A stretch of 63,710 bases of DNA, filler included, from Asterionella formosa (GCA_002256025.1; 22 parts of 22 records of this genome joined end to end with filler, not necessarily neighbours in it); one strand, 5' to 3'; shown: positions 12,266 through 24,429, numbered from the whole stretch's first letter. The notes: a model not told the origin generated them from the sequence alone. Numbers and translations are program-made.

Positions 12266-13053
12266 ATGGGTATCTTAATGAGCAGAATTTTTGAGTCTCT
12301 ATTTGGCTCCAAGGAAGTCCGGATTCTTATTTTGGGACTTGACAATGCAGGCAAAACAACGATCCTTTATCGGCTGCAAAACGAAAGCGACGAAGCTGTT
12401 CAAACCATTCCAACGATTGGATTCAATGTCGAGACCCTTCAATACAAGAATATAAAGGTAAGAGGGCAATGAATAGGCAGAAGCAATGAACGAGACCGTT
12501 GGGGGATGGTGTCCCACTGTACTCGTCATGGTCGCTCACCAGTAGTAAGTCAACGCAATGACTTTGCGACTTTATTAGCTTGGAAGGAGAAAACCATGCG
12601 CACGACACAAATTAAACTCGTCTTTTTTAAATTATTCTGATTGTGCTATGGGCTTACAAATTCCGATCTTCACCTTCTAAACAGTTCCAAGTATGGGACT
12701 TAGGTGGCCAAACATCGATTAGACCGTATTGGAGATGCTACTACCCAAATACTGATGCAATCATCTTCGTTGTAGATTCTGCTGATTCTGAACGAATGGC
12801 TGTTGCAAAAGGCGAATTAAATGCAATGCTGGACGAAGAAGACCTCCGGGATGCAATTCTTCTTGTTTTTGCGAACAAGCAAGACCAAAAGGGAGCATTG
12901 AACGCTCAACAAATCAGTGATGCACTAGGCTTACCCGAGGTGAGGAACCGACAGTGGTCAATCCAAGAGACATCTGCACTGCAAGGAAAGGGCCTATTTG
13001 AAGGATTTGATTGGCTTGTGACGTGCATCAAGGGCGCCGAGGAGGCTTCCTAA
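12266..13053 (+). CDS. ARL1: ADP-ribosylation factor-like GTPase 1
   Basis: Exons 12266-12457 and 12685-13053 (GT-AG intron). MG start, [25 protein letters not shown] (ARL1 signature), NKQD. Confidence 0.95.
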
Positions 13054-13243
13054 CTAAATGGAGTGGAGCTGTGAAAAAATTTAACAAATAGACTTCCGTC
13101 TACCATTACCATTCATTGATACCACGCTAAGCACGTTCGACTCTCATTGCAAGAGCGGGGGAATCGTGTATAGCTCGTCACATCATTTTGTCCAATTTAT
13201 AGATTACTAATGCCATCACACTCTGGGGCTGAATTGTTGGCGC

Positions 13244-13720
13244 CTACATCATGTCCGCCTTTGCCTTCTCGATCATCTCGCCGAGCTCACCACTTTGGTA
13301 CATCTCAATCATGATATCGCTTCCTCCAACGAATTCGCCAGCAACGTAGAGCTGAGGGATGGTTGGCCATTGAGAGAATTCCTTAATGCCTGACCGGATG
13401 GCCTCGTCAGCTAAGACGTCAACGGTGTGGAAGTCAATTCCGAAAGAATTTAGAATCTGACAAGCAGTGTTGGAGAAGCCGCACTGAGGGAACAACTTGC
13501 TTCCCTTCATAAAGAGAAGAACCGGCATTTCATCAACGAGATCCTGAATACGGGCCCTAGTCGAGTCTGGCGACTCCTGAATGAAATCACCGGCGAAATC
13601 CGCCAGAAACAGCTTGCTTGCCTCAGTAGATGTCTGGACGAAGTTGACGCGAGGAACAAAGGCTTGCGACGACAAAAAAGCAGAAGTGCTTACTAGAATA
13701 GCAAGTAAAGAACGGGCCAT
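13244..13720 (-). CDS. Monothiol CGFS glutaredoxin, plastid-targeted
   Basis: LFMKGS..PQCGFS, WPTIPQLY and GGSD motifs. Signal peptide with an SQA-FVP (ASAFAP-type) cleavage motif. Confidence 0.93.
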   Translation of the reverse strand: MARSLLAILVSTSAFLSSQAFVPRVNFVQTSTEASKLFLADFAGDFIQESPDSTRARIQDLVDEMPVLLFMKGSKLFPQCGFSNTACQILNSFGIDFHTVDVLADEAIRSGIKEFSQWPTIPQLYVAGEFVGGSDIMIEMYQSGELGEMIEKAKADMM

Positions 13721-13885
13721 CGTAACGATCTGACGAAAAGAAAGTATTATGATGTATAGGTTGTTGGCTGTCCAACATTACATCTAGTGGAATACGTATA
13801 ATAAGGACGTATTGGTAAACTACGTACAGTGCAAGGTACCGAGTACCCGGCAATACCTGGGCTTCCTGGGGTACCCTACCAGGTA

Positions 13886-13970
13886 CCAGCAAGTTGCGGT
13901 CATTTGGCTCAAATAAACAATTTAATATAGGATAAAGATAGCTAAACGTTTAGTACAATTACCGCAACTT
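13886..13970. mobile_element. Short MITE with aagttgcggt...accgcaactt inverted ends
   Basis: Related copies or ends at 11137-11179 + 11861-11913, ~34980, 62030-62121 and 63555-63582. Confidence 0.65.
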
Positions 13971-16726
13971 TCAGAGGTACCTGGTGGTACCAGGTACCTA
14001 TGCCTGTCTCATTGCTTGATGATCTGGTTACAAGTGGAAGCTCGTTCTTAAGTTTCAAGAAATCTCAACTTGTATCAGCTATCAATGTGATTTTTTAAGA
14101 AAAGAATCATTCTCAAGAAAATATTATTATTCTTTTTCTTACCGGATCAAGAAATACGAGGAGAATTCAGGAGGCTGGGGGGGGGGGGGGGGGGGGGGGT
14201 GGGGGGGGACTATGTTTGCTATCATTTCCAAATAAAGTGAGTCTAGCTTTATGAGATATACTATGGAAGACTCTTATATTGGGCGCGCTCCGATAATAAA
14301 AAATAATGTATCATGTCTATTATAATGTAAATTGCTGTAGTCATACCCCCAAAATTTGTTTTTGTGTTGATCCAAATTCTTTACAGTTGTAAATAACAGT
14401 GCGTAATATTAAAATATGTCTAAACATCAATGACAACATGTAAATTCCCGGAAATTTTCAAGACTTGCTTGCTCATACTCAAAATGGATTGCTCTCGCCA
14501 AAGAAGGTCTAAAAAATATTGACTTTATGTCAAATTAAAGTTGGTGCATGGACCTCAAGGTACAATACATGAATGTCTGCATCGCCAGCCATGTGCAAGA
14601 TTGGTAATGAACACACGGTCGAGGTATTGATTCGCCTATGATGACATGACACAGCTTGGTTTCACCCAGTGCCGGAACACAAGCAGGAGCCAAAAATCTT
14701 AATTGGCGATAACATCTTTCCAAAACAGTTTGAGAAAGAGATCATAGTGTGTTTTGCAAAGCGATGGCCTAAATTATCTCACACAATCAAAGCTGGAGAA
14801 TCTGAAATACTAAAGAAATCCGAAGCGAATCCGAATTCAGGAAGGAATGACCTGCGTTAACAGCCTCCAGCAGAAAAACGAAAATGAGATATAATGCATG
14901 TGTTTTGTGATAATAATCAAACTACTTACCGCCTGCAAGAAATCATACCATATGAGAGTGCAACATTTATGGTCCAGTCAGGTGAAAAGGTTGACTTGAA
15001 AATTTCCAGCTAGAGAAAATTCCAATGCTTATTTTTCTTCAGTGTCATCCAAGTAGAGAATGCTTATCAAAATGAGCTAGATCCTGAGGACACGGGCTTA
15101 CCTCATGCAGAACTCATTCCAATTGGGTCGATCTTTCGTTGAGCGATGTTCACCAATCCATTTAAAAGAATCCTACTAGTTTGTGTTGCAAAGAGTATTT
15201 TATATTTTTCGCTCAATCTTCTTTCTTTATTTTGCTTTGAGCCACATAAGACTCCGAAAATTTTTACTAATCGCAAATGTCACCATTCCTGATCAGTATG
15301 CTCAGGAGATCGATTGTATGGCCACTCAGAATCATTTGCTTCATACTCAGAAATTTGAGCAATCGCTTGCTGAAGCGAAAGGTCGAGTACATCTTTTATC
15401 TTCCGTCCATTATCCAGTGGAGGGCTTACGCATCCCCTGTTACCTACCATTTCGATTGGAACAAAGCGATATAGGCAAGACATATTTTTCGTGTCCTGTT
15501 GATACAGACATTCAGTAGCTTGATGTTTGTTCGACGTAGCTGACATTGCAATCTCTCCTTCGCCTTGCAAGTCAGTGTCAGACAAGCGCAACGCTTGTGT
15601 ATCGAGATCGATATCATTGGTTCACGGGATTTTTCTTTCCTTCGTTGTCATGGTCATGTTCAATGTTTGGTATCTCAAGCGCCGGAGCAGACCCATTTCA
15701 GATATCAGGATATAGAAAAATGCACTCTTCGAGAGAATTGGGTACGTTGTTGCATTCCAGTCATTTCCTCGAGCTCCTTGAGTTCTTGTTGTTTCTTGTG
15801 ATTGTACGATATTATATACCTGTCCTTCAATATATAAATCATATATCTAGCTTTTAACTACCAGTATATAGAGATCAATCAACCTCTAATCCTGGCAGAA
15901 TAAATTTAACTACAAAGATTCAACATAGCACTCAACTATTATTTTTTAGCAAAGAGTGAAATCACCTGTATTTTGTGATGTCAACATCATGGCAAATATG
16001 TAATTTGCTTGTTTCACACAACCAAATTTTCACATCTTTGATGATGACGTGCAGCATCCATTTTCACTTGTTCAATTGCTTTTCTGTTAAACAGAGAATG
16101 CGCACCATTGGATACCACCAACAGGTGGCATGATTGAATAGAGCACCAGCAGCTGTGTCACGCAAAGAATTTGTGTAATCCAAAGTTGTAAAGTTTTGAG
16201 TTTTTCCTTGTTTCTTTTATTGCTATATTTCGCCATCAACTTCAGTTCGCTTTTTATATGATGGAGAGTTGGTGAATTGCCGAGGCATTTGCTTTTCCTT
16301 GTTTTACGAAAAGTTGAGTCCTTCCAATCTGTGAGGGTTTGTTCTTAGATTTTGCTTTAGCACTTTTTCTTAACTGTGCTCTTGTTTCAGGTCCTTGCAA
16401 TCCTTTACCACCAATTTCTGAAATTTCTGGTCCTGTGCTCTTACTTGCTGTGACTGAAGTGTTGGTAAATTTCCATTAAGAATCTGGGAAACAATTATCA
16501 GCAATGGGTAAAAACTTGGGTGATGCAAAGCAACCCTTTTTCTGATAATCTAATATTACTGCAGTGCTATAAATTGTTTTAAGTATATTTTATCGTAAGA
16601 TTTTTGCTAAAGAACTCGACATTTGTGGAGGTTGTGAAGTCGCACTTAGCCCTCCAGAGGGGCCTTAGACCTGCTTGTTGTCTGCCTCACTACCCAGAAC
16701 CCAAGGGACTACACAAACAAAGCAAG

Positions 16727-16793
16727 TGGAGACTGCGGGAATCGAACCCGCCACTTCACTTGGAATGTGAGCTAACTGACTAAGCTATTCCCC
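16727..16793 (-). pseudogene. tRNA-like sequence (Ala-type acceptor stem): tRNA pseudogene or SINE head
   Basis: GGGGAATAGCTTAGTCAGTTAGCTCACATTCCAAGTGAAGTGGCGGGTTCGATTCCCGCAGTCTCCA. Perfect T-arm GCGGG/TTCGATT/CCCGC, G3:U70-like pair, shortened D and anticodon arms, only 67 nt. Confidence 0.7.
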
Positions 16794-17779
16794 TAGTATT
16801 ACTGTTCTATATGTAAAAAAGATTTCAAAGTACATTAATGAAAGACAAGAAATTGTACTTGCGCCTCTAGGGACATGGGGAGATGAAGAAATGTAATTCT
16901 GCCCAATATCATACATGGAGATGCCGACCCTCCAATGTTTCCCACCTTTGCGCAAGGCGAAGTCGAGTGCTGTCGCTAAAACTGGAGAGCCTATAAGGAT
17001 TCCACGCCCTGAGAGATACTTCAACTTTCTTAAGCCATAATAATTTTTTTGGCAAACTGTGATGTTGCTTTCTAGCATGACATGGAAGAAGTAAAAACAA
17101 GGACCGGTTAGCTACCCAGTATTATGGGGAATTGCTGCATTTAAGAAATACAAAAGTGGTTGAGCCTGTGTTGGAGCAAAGGGTCTGTACAGCAGGGGTG
17201 ATGATATAAATTTAAGTCAGCCATTCAAGGCTGATCTTGACTGGGAAGTTCTGGCAACCCAATGATTGTGATCTTCCCCTTGTTTGAAAATAACCCGGAT
17301 GTGGAAGCATCTTGTGACCAACAAATTCGCTACCCTTTTACCAGTAAAGAACTGCTGTGACCCACTGAGTTCTCCTATTCGTTTGATTAGTTCGACTAAA
17401 CCTTTTCCATGCCTTGCGAGAATAAAACTTGCAGGTCTTGTTAACCAAAGGAGTCAGCAGGTTGTGGATCAGTCGGTAATCTCATTGAAGGTCGAGGTAC
17501 TGGCTGAGATACGAACCATTTTATGTGGACAAAATTTGCCGGTAATGGGTCACAGCAGCACTTAAATTTTAATCTATAAATGTATATAATTTTATATACC
17601 ATTATGATCATGGATTACCCCGTTTAGTTTTCGCAAAATTATTTGTAAGAATTATCGCATCCAATATTTATATCACGATCACACACAAATGCATCCAGCC
17701 ACATAAAATGCTTGTGCCTATCAACACCACTGCAATATCGCCCTCATCCCTAATAAGCTCCTGCCCTTCCACTAGCTAG

Positions 17780-18110
17780 CACAACATCAAGAGGCCAAAT
17801 TGGATATGGAGAATCCTTTTCTCCATGGCAACAAGTCTCCAAGTATCTTGCCAACAAGTTCTGTCTGGTTATTGTAAGCGACGCATCGCCGTTGCGCTTT
17901 TACCATATCAGCATTTTTTTCAGTTCAGCTACGTTGTAGCTTCCAGCTTCCTTTCCAGTCTCTCTGATGGCCTGCACCTTCTGTGACAATTCAAAAAACC
18001 GTTGATTCAATTTCTGCTCCTTGTTTTGTTCCTGGATTTCATGCCAGCGTTTGATTTCCAGCATATGCTCAAAAAGCGGTGGTCCTACATCAAAGCCGCG
18101 TATTACGTGA
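17780..18110 (-). pseudogene. C-terminal relic of a pogo/DDE_1-like transposase
   Basis: GPPLFEHMLE...KVQAIRETGKEAGSYNVAELKKMLIW*KRNGD...TRQNLLARY resembles the tail of diatom DDE_1-type transposases (recognition from memory). Confidence 0.5.
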
Positions 18111-18282
18111 AGTGACCATCCAGTAAAAAAGCCTAGTTGATTTTGAATGGATCACATGAATTAGTTGAATACATCAAAATGCTTACTTGAATATATCTAT
18201 ATATTATCTGAATACATCACGTTAATTAGTTGATCAGAGTATCATGCATGCATTCCTGATCATCACTATATTACGTGATCAC

Positions 18283-18450
18283 CTTCACATAATTATTGGA
18301 AATACTTCACGTAATTATTTGAAATCCTTCACGTAATTAACTGAAATCCTTCAATTAATACTGTAATTTAGTTCACGTTGCCTTATAATTTTGTTCACGT
18401 AATTCTATAATGTAGTTCACGTAATGTATTAAATTTGTTTACGTAATTTA
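18283..18450. repeat. 22-bp-period degenerate tandem array (core TTCACGTAAT)
   Basis: About 8 units, e.g. cttcacgtaattatttgaaatc / cttcacgtaattaactgaaatc / gttcacgtaattctataatgta. Weaker units extend left to ~18150. Confidence 0.85.
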
Positions 18451-19789
18451 AAAGTACAATCAAATATGTTGATTTCTAATTCAACTGCCGGTATTTTACA
18501 TTACATGGGAAACAAATCTCGATGTGCAATCAAACAAAGCAGTTCTTTCAGAATGGCATCTTCAGTCTTGAGAAGGCAGACATCATGTGACGTCTGTAAA
18601 GACAATGCAAGACAAACAGAAGCCGTTCATTCTGAATGAAAAAATAATTTATTCTTGAAAAGGCATCATGGTGCGAAATCGCAACAGGAATGTATCACAC
18701 TGGCTTCCTCCTTGTCCGTGAAATGACTTCTTCATTGACCTGCAAAGGTTTACAAAAGAAAAGTGTGTCAGTAATTCATTTAATAGCACTAGCAACAGCA
18801 GAAAGCAACACACACATGTGCTATTCAACTGTTTCACGGAGCAGTCAAATTGACAGCAAGACACCGGCATTAGCCAGCCACCAGGCAGCACCGCAACTCA
18901 CTGATGCATTAAAAATAATGCTCCTGTTGTGAAATGGACAGCTGAAATGTAAAATAAATGTAGAGAACAATAATAGAACCACGTGATTTATTGCTCGCTT
19001 TGCTGATGTGATGACAAAAACTGAGGATTAAGCTTACCTTAGTAAAATCTTCCATTGTGGGTCTCCATATTGCATCATTTCACCTTCTATCACTCCTGCT
19101 TTCAAAATAACACCTATTTTCTGAAAAGGCCTGTTCAAATGTCAAATGAATGTTGAGAACAGCAGCATATCATTATGAATAATCCTTCGCTTGGTGATAT
19201 GATAGCAGAAATAGCAAGCAAATGAATCTTACCTTAAACGCATCCATTGCGGAACATCTCAATGTTGCATCATTCCACCTTTTGTTTTTGGTGCAACAAA
19301 CCATATGTGAGCTGATAAAAGATAAGTCTGTAGTAAGGCAGCTGAAAATCTGGAAGGGGGATGCTAGTTCTAAGGGTCTTCCCCATGTTGAAAATTAATT
19401 GTTCACAGTGGTGTTGATTGTTGGTGTTTTTATGAATTCAGATGGTTAAAAATACTGGCGCAGCCATGACTTCCTCTTTGTACCAACAGAACCTACAATC
19501 TAAACGAAAAAATCTGGCGCAGTCTTGCTAAGAACAATGTCGTCGGGACAAATTTCTGAGGCTACAAGTGTGACTTGAACAAATATGACAAGAGGGAGAG
19601 GACACAGCCAATAGTTACTACTCCAAATTGCACATGAACTGAATGATCTACCATTAGCCTTGTCCTACTATAGTAAAAAAATACAACTTGATTTTATATT
19701 GAAAACAATCAACTGATGAGTTATCCAATTCACTTGCATGATGAAGTTTTAATCTGTTGTGTCTTCCTCAATTCTGTGTGATTCGTACA

Positions 19790-20340
19790 TTCAGAGCATT
19801 GTAGCAACTGCGTGGCAACCCATCGGTCCCATGCTTGTTCCGCCTAAAAAGAGCTCTTGGATCCCTCGAGTGTCAGAGTGTCACTGAATCCATGTGACGT
19901 TTTACTCCTTCTCAGTTCATCTAGAATGGCTTCTGTTACTGAAATCACTCCATCTGGCCCTAATTGGCCGGTTTCCAGTCAAATACAGTTTTGTCACTGC
20001 GCAACCTCTCCTGATCCCATCAGCCAACACCATGGCTCCTTCTTCCTGCATGTGATTCCCTGCCAAGTAGAGCGTATGCAAGGCATATCCAAGAAAAGCA
20101 CATGCCTATGATCTAATCCCATCATCGCCGACTTGGTTGAATCCAAGATCCAACGATCCCAATGCGCAGTGTGCTGAAATCCCGACAACCAAAGTATTAA
20201 AACATACCTTCGTTGCCCAAGTTGTTGTAACCTGGTTTGAGAATGGAAAGATTTGAATTCTACAGCAGGGCCACTTTGACTAAGCGTGCGTCCGATGACT
20301 GCAATCCTCTGCTTCCTGTGATAGTCAATCTGCCAATTGT
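19790..20340 (-). pseudogene. RNI-like leucine-rich-repeat gene fragment with stops and frameshifts
   Basis: Successive repeats LSILKPGYNNLGNEG, LGSLDLGFNQVGDDG, LHTLYLAGNHMQEEGA, VTKLYLTGN..GPDGV and IQELFLGGTSMGPMG, spread over different frames. Confidence 0.8.
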
Positions 20341-20954
20341 GGTTACGGATGGAGTATTTGAGGGAAAAAAGCGCCAAGGGATTAGAACAACTGAGCCACG
20401 ACACAGCGCAAGAAAACAACAAGCACTCGGGGTGCTTGTACCAGTACTTAAATTGGTCAGCTATCGTCACATGAGTGCTTCTGATAAGCGCTGAAGGACA
20501 CTCTCTCGAGTCGGCGTTGCTTTGGCGTGCGTAGTGCGAGTTCAATTTGCCAATTTTACATTGACAATGCGCACTTACTTCAGCCTACAGCGGCGATGTT
20601 TATGGTTGCGTCAATTTGGTGCATGAGGATGGCGAAAACTCTTTTCACTGTCATTTCTTGGCCGATTCATACCTTCTTGGCATATGTACCATACATTACT
20701 TGAGTTGTCTTTCGCAATGATTTATTCTCTAAAACAGTTTTATCTTGAACTTTTATAATATGTAGTTGTAACATCAACTAGTTTTGTCTTGGAAATCACT
20801 GTAAGATTCTGAACCATCATATGAAAACCTCGAAGAGAAGTCTTGTTCACTATAATAGTTCATATTTTTTACGTGAAGTGCACAACTATAAACTGTAGAT
20901 TGTCCATGCATGAAATAAGACACCGCAAATATCCTTACTATTTTACAAATAAAG

Positions 20955-21136
20955 ATGCGTGTATTAAATGAATTAGCCACGAGAGCAGGATATTAGTCGA
21001 ACTTTGAAATGAATTATTTGAAACATCAACTAATTCAGTCTCGAGTTCAAAGTTCATTGTGAAAACTTCACATGAAACCGTTAAAACTTCACATGAAACC
21101 GTTAAAAGTAACCTTTTTTACGGGAAGAGTGGCATT
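20955..21136. repeat. Dispersed repeat with an internal 21-bp tandem unit (other copy at 27781-27983)
   Basis: aaaacttcacatgaaaccgtt is present twice here and three times at 27888-27950, with shared flanks. Confidence 0.9.
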
Positions 21137-21214
21137 AATTCATGTCGAGTACCCCATCATTAACACTCCTACGTAGATGAAATTTCGAAAAGTGGTGTAT
21201 TTCGCGGCTTAGAT

Positions 21215-22083
21215 GTAGATAAGTGTTTCCAACAGCAAAGTGCAGTCCTGCGGTCATTCGTTTGTGTGTGTCGATTGCTGCTTGTGAAGTTTGTTTTCTT
21301 TTCCTGGCATATTCTGCTGCATCATTACCATTTCGCACATCTTCTCTGTTTATGTATTCAACGATTTGATTTGTAAGAGTTCCTGAAAGTCCTTCTTGCA
21401 GGTTGAGCTGGTCAGGTGTAATAGAGGTTCTGTTGCTGTGCAAGATTCTATTCAATGGGACAACACCAAATTTCGTCAGCTGTATTTCAGTATTCAACAA
21501 ACAATTATAGTTCAAAGGTCCCCAGCCTCACTCTGCTACCGCTTTTTTGTTTGTGCGTAATCTCACAAAACTTTTTCCCCGAGGAAAGTGAATTTGTAAG
21601 TTGCAGTCCCTCTCGGCATGTGATGGATGAGCGCATTTCACCCAACTGATCAATGAGCTCCGCAATGTAAGGTTCCACTTCAAGCATAGGTGAGATGCGA
21701 GCTGTGTTTGTTCCTTGATTGTTTTATCTTTTTGCACGTGTTCTAACTGTTTCGAAATTAATATTGGCAGCAGGAGGAATGCCAAGCAAGCGCCTCCTTT
21801 GCTCTCAGTATTATACAGGTAAGTGTGTATTTCTTTTCTCTCGTGATTATCCTCCTCCTCCTTTTTCTTTTTCCTCTTCTCTCGCCCTCATTTAGTCTGC
21901 TGCCGAATTGGAAATACATTCTTTCACTTTTTCTGCCATGATGGAGCTGGCTACTGCAGTTGTTCCCTTTGGACGACCACCATAGTAGGGCAGGGTTGCA
22001 GTGGCAGAAATGGTGCTGCTGCTTTCAGTTGATGCAGTAGTAGTGCTGGCAGGAGGCAAACTAGAACTTGCGGACATAATCAT
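21215..22083 (-). pseudogene. Internally deleted pogo/DDE_1-like DNA transposase relic
   Basis: N-terminal GGRPKGTT and VEPYIAELIDQLGEMRSSITCREGLQLTNSL are joined to C-terminal NYNCLLNTEI...KRMTAGL. No catalytic core is visible; several frameshifts. Confidence 0.6.
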
Positions 22084-22450
22084 AGTAGTAATGGAAGAAT
22101 GATGATGATTTTTTCTGCTATAGCTGTAATTTTCTACACCTTCGATATTTTAGGAAAAACAAATTCCAATTTCTTTTAGTGGGTCACAGGAGTTTTTTAC
22201 TGGTACCCTGGTACCTGGCCTGGTACCGGTACATCATTGGCAACCTTGGTTTGGAGTGCCATCCCTTCTCTGTCCTGTCTTGGTATCCTCCAATACAGGG
22301 AATTTCTTCTCCTTCACATAATTGATGTATGTAGCGTACAGGAATGACATCCATGATGGGGAGGACCTTTTTCGGGGAACTTCACAGATTCATATTTTGT
22401 GGTTGCTTTTCACCCTTCACAACAACTCGTTTGAAGATCCAGTCACCATC

Positions 22451-23478
22451 ATGGCATCCACCGGCGGCAAACTTATCGTCAACTCGGCCCTTCGTGCGGC
22501 TATGCATGTGAACTCATCGCAGCTCCCTTCCGAATTCATCAGGTCTAGTGCTGCTTTCCTCTCCGCCGCTCCGTCCGGCGGAAAGTTCACTCTCCCTGAC
22601 TTGCCTTATGACTACGCGGCTCTTGAACGTGAGTTTTAACCTACCCGATAACTCTGTAACGCAACTGGCTGACATGTTTCTCTGTGCATATCTAAACCTA
22701 ATTGACCATTGCTGACTTTCTTGGCATCAATCCCTTCCAACTTAAGCCACACTTGACGCCGAAACGATGGAAATCCACCACTCCAAGCATCATAATACGT
22801 ACGTGACAAACTTGAACGTCAGTTTTGAAAAGCTCGATTCTGCTGTGTCTGCATCCGACGTGTCCGGAATTATTGCCTTGCAGAGTGCCTTAAAATTTAA
22901 TGGCGGAGGACATGTGAACCACTCGCTCTTTTGGGAGAATCTGACTCCTGCCGCTAGCTCTTCGTTGAAAGAGGGGCCTTTGAAGTCCGCCATTGTCGCA
23001 TGTTTTGGAGATGTTGAGAAATTTAAAACAGATATGAGTGCTACTACTATTGCAGTTCAAGGTAGTGGATGGGGCTGGCTTGGATACAACACCAAGACGG
23101 GTGAGTGCATTGTGCAAGATTTGATATTTTCTCGGCAGAGCTGACAAGGGTTTTGTGCATGGTGCCTTGTACAAGCTCGCTAACACGGTTTCTTTGCTTA
23201 TACTACAGGCCGTGTCGAGATCGCCACTTGTGCAAACCAGGATCCATTGCAGGCAACCACGGGACTTGTTCCTTTATTGGGAATCGATGTAAGTTCATGT
23301 ATGAGAGTCAGTGTTGCTATGGTTTTTATGACTGTCCGCTAAAAAATTTTTTCATTAGGTTTGGGAACACGCTTATTACCTTTCCTACCGAAACGTTCGC
23401 CCCAACTATGTCAAGGCCGTTTGGGACATTGTAAACTGGGATGTTGTTGAGGCTCGTCTCGTTGCTGCCCAGAAATAG
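22451..23478 (+). CDS. SOD2: Manganese superoxide dismutase (probably mitochondrial)
   Basis: Exons 22451-22628, 22747-23100, 23209-23288 and 23359-23478, all GT-AG. Motifs [48 protein letters not shown]. Confidence 0.96.
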
Positions 23479-23692
23479 GGATTCATTCATGCCAAAGGCG
23501 CTGTCGCAGAATGCATATCTTTGCGCTTGACTGCCATATGAGCAACGTTAAAGCACCTGAATAATATTTATATTTACATAAATCAAGTTGAGTCCAACAT
23601 AATGCTCTTTGTGCTCTATTCGCGTGTGATGAAACATTCAGTCTTGCTCCTTTTACTTCGTTTTCCAGAAGTAGCAGTAGGTAATGGCTGTG

Positions 23693-24146
23693 TGTTGAAA
23701 AATGGCGACCTGATAACTGTGGGACAGGAACTCCGGGTACCGATACTGGCACACTAGTTACAAGGAGAGAAGATTCGACAGTACCACTTACTTGGTCTGA
23801 GGTGGTGCGTAGAGGTACACCAACCACACAGAAGTAGATAAGATTTGTTTCAAGATCATTATCTCGAAACAATCCAGTTAGTAAGAACGAAGTTTGATCC
23901 GACTTTCTTCTTACCTTCAACTCAATCGAATATAACCGATTCTTGAAACAATCATAGGTTCAGGGCCTATGGTATGTCGGGGAAAATAGATTTTGCAACA
24001 TTGTTTCGAGATAAAAAAGACTCAAATAAAGGAGCAGAATGATCAGCGCCAGCGAAGCAGCACAGAATGCCATTACAGCGCCACTGAACGGCACCACTGG
24101 ATCGCAGCGGACCAACGGCAGCAGAGGTCGCGGAAGGGGACGACGA
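23693..24146 (+). mobile_element. Probable 5' end of an LTR retrotransposon (LTR 23693-23950, PBS-like site, gag start 24039)
   Basis: A TGTTG...AACA block is followed by ATCATAGGTTCAGGGCC (resembles the Copia half-tRNA PBS GGTTATGGGCC) and an ORF MISASEAAQ...SRGRGRGRR running into the contig end. Confidence 0.5.
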
Positions 24147-24429
24147 NNNNNNNNNNNNNNNNNNNNNNNNNNNNNNNNNNNNNNNNNNNNTTAATTAATT
24201 AANNNNNNNNNNNNNNNNNNNNNNNNNNNNNNNNNNNNNNNNNNNNTATTATTAAAATCATAGCATTGTTGCTATTGTCGCACATAATTCTGTTAAGGCG
24301 ATATGTTCAGCATTCTGCTGGTTTTTTATTAGGCACATCGGCCACTAACTGACCAACAGGAGGGTTCATGACCACTAAAATGTCCTCGTCTACCAAAACT
24401 GGAATGGCCATATCCATTATGACGACCAG

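Noticed and set aside
14176..14208. Poly-G tract (G-quadruplex candidate)
   Set aside because: Could be a sequencing or assembly homopolymer artefact; nothing else supports a function.
16785..17565. Short ORFs with protein-like composition
   Set aside because: No recognisable motif; fragmented by stops.
18283..18450. CRISPR-like repeat/spacer look (also 59982-60335 and 21062-21105)
   Set aside because: Units are tandem with related spacers, there are no cas genes, and the context is eukaryotic.
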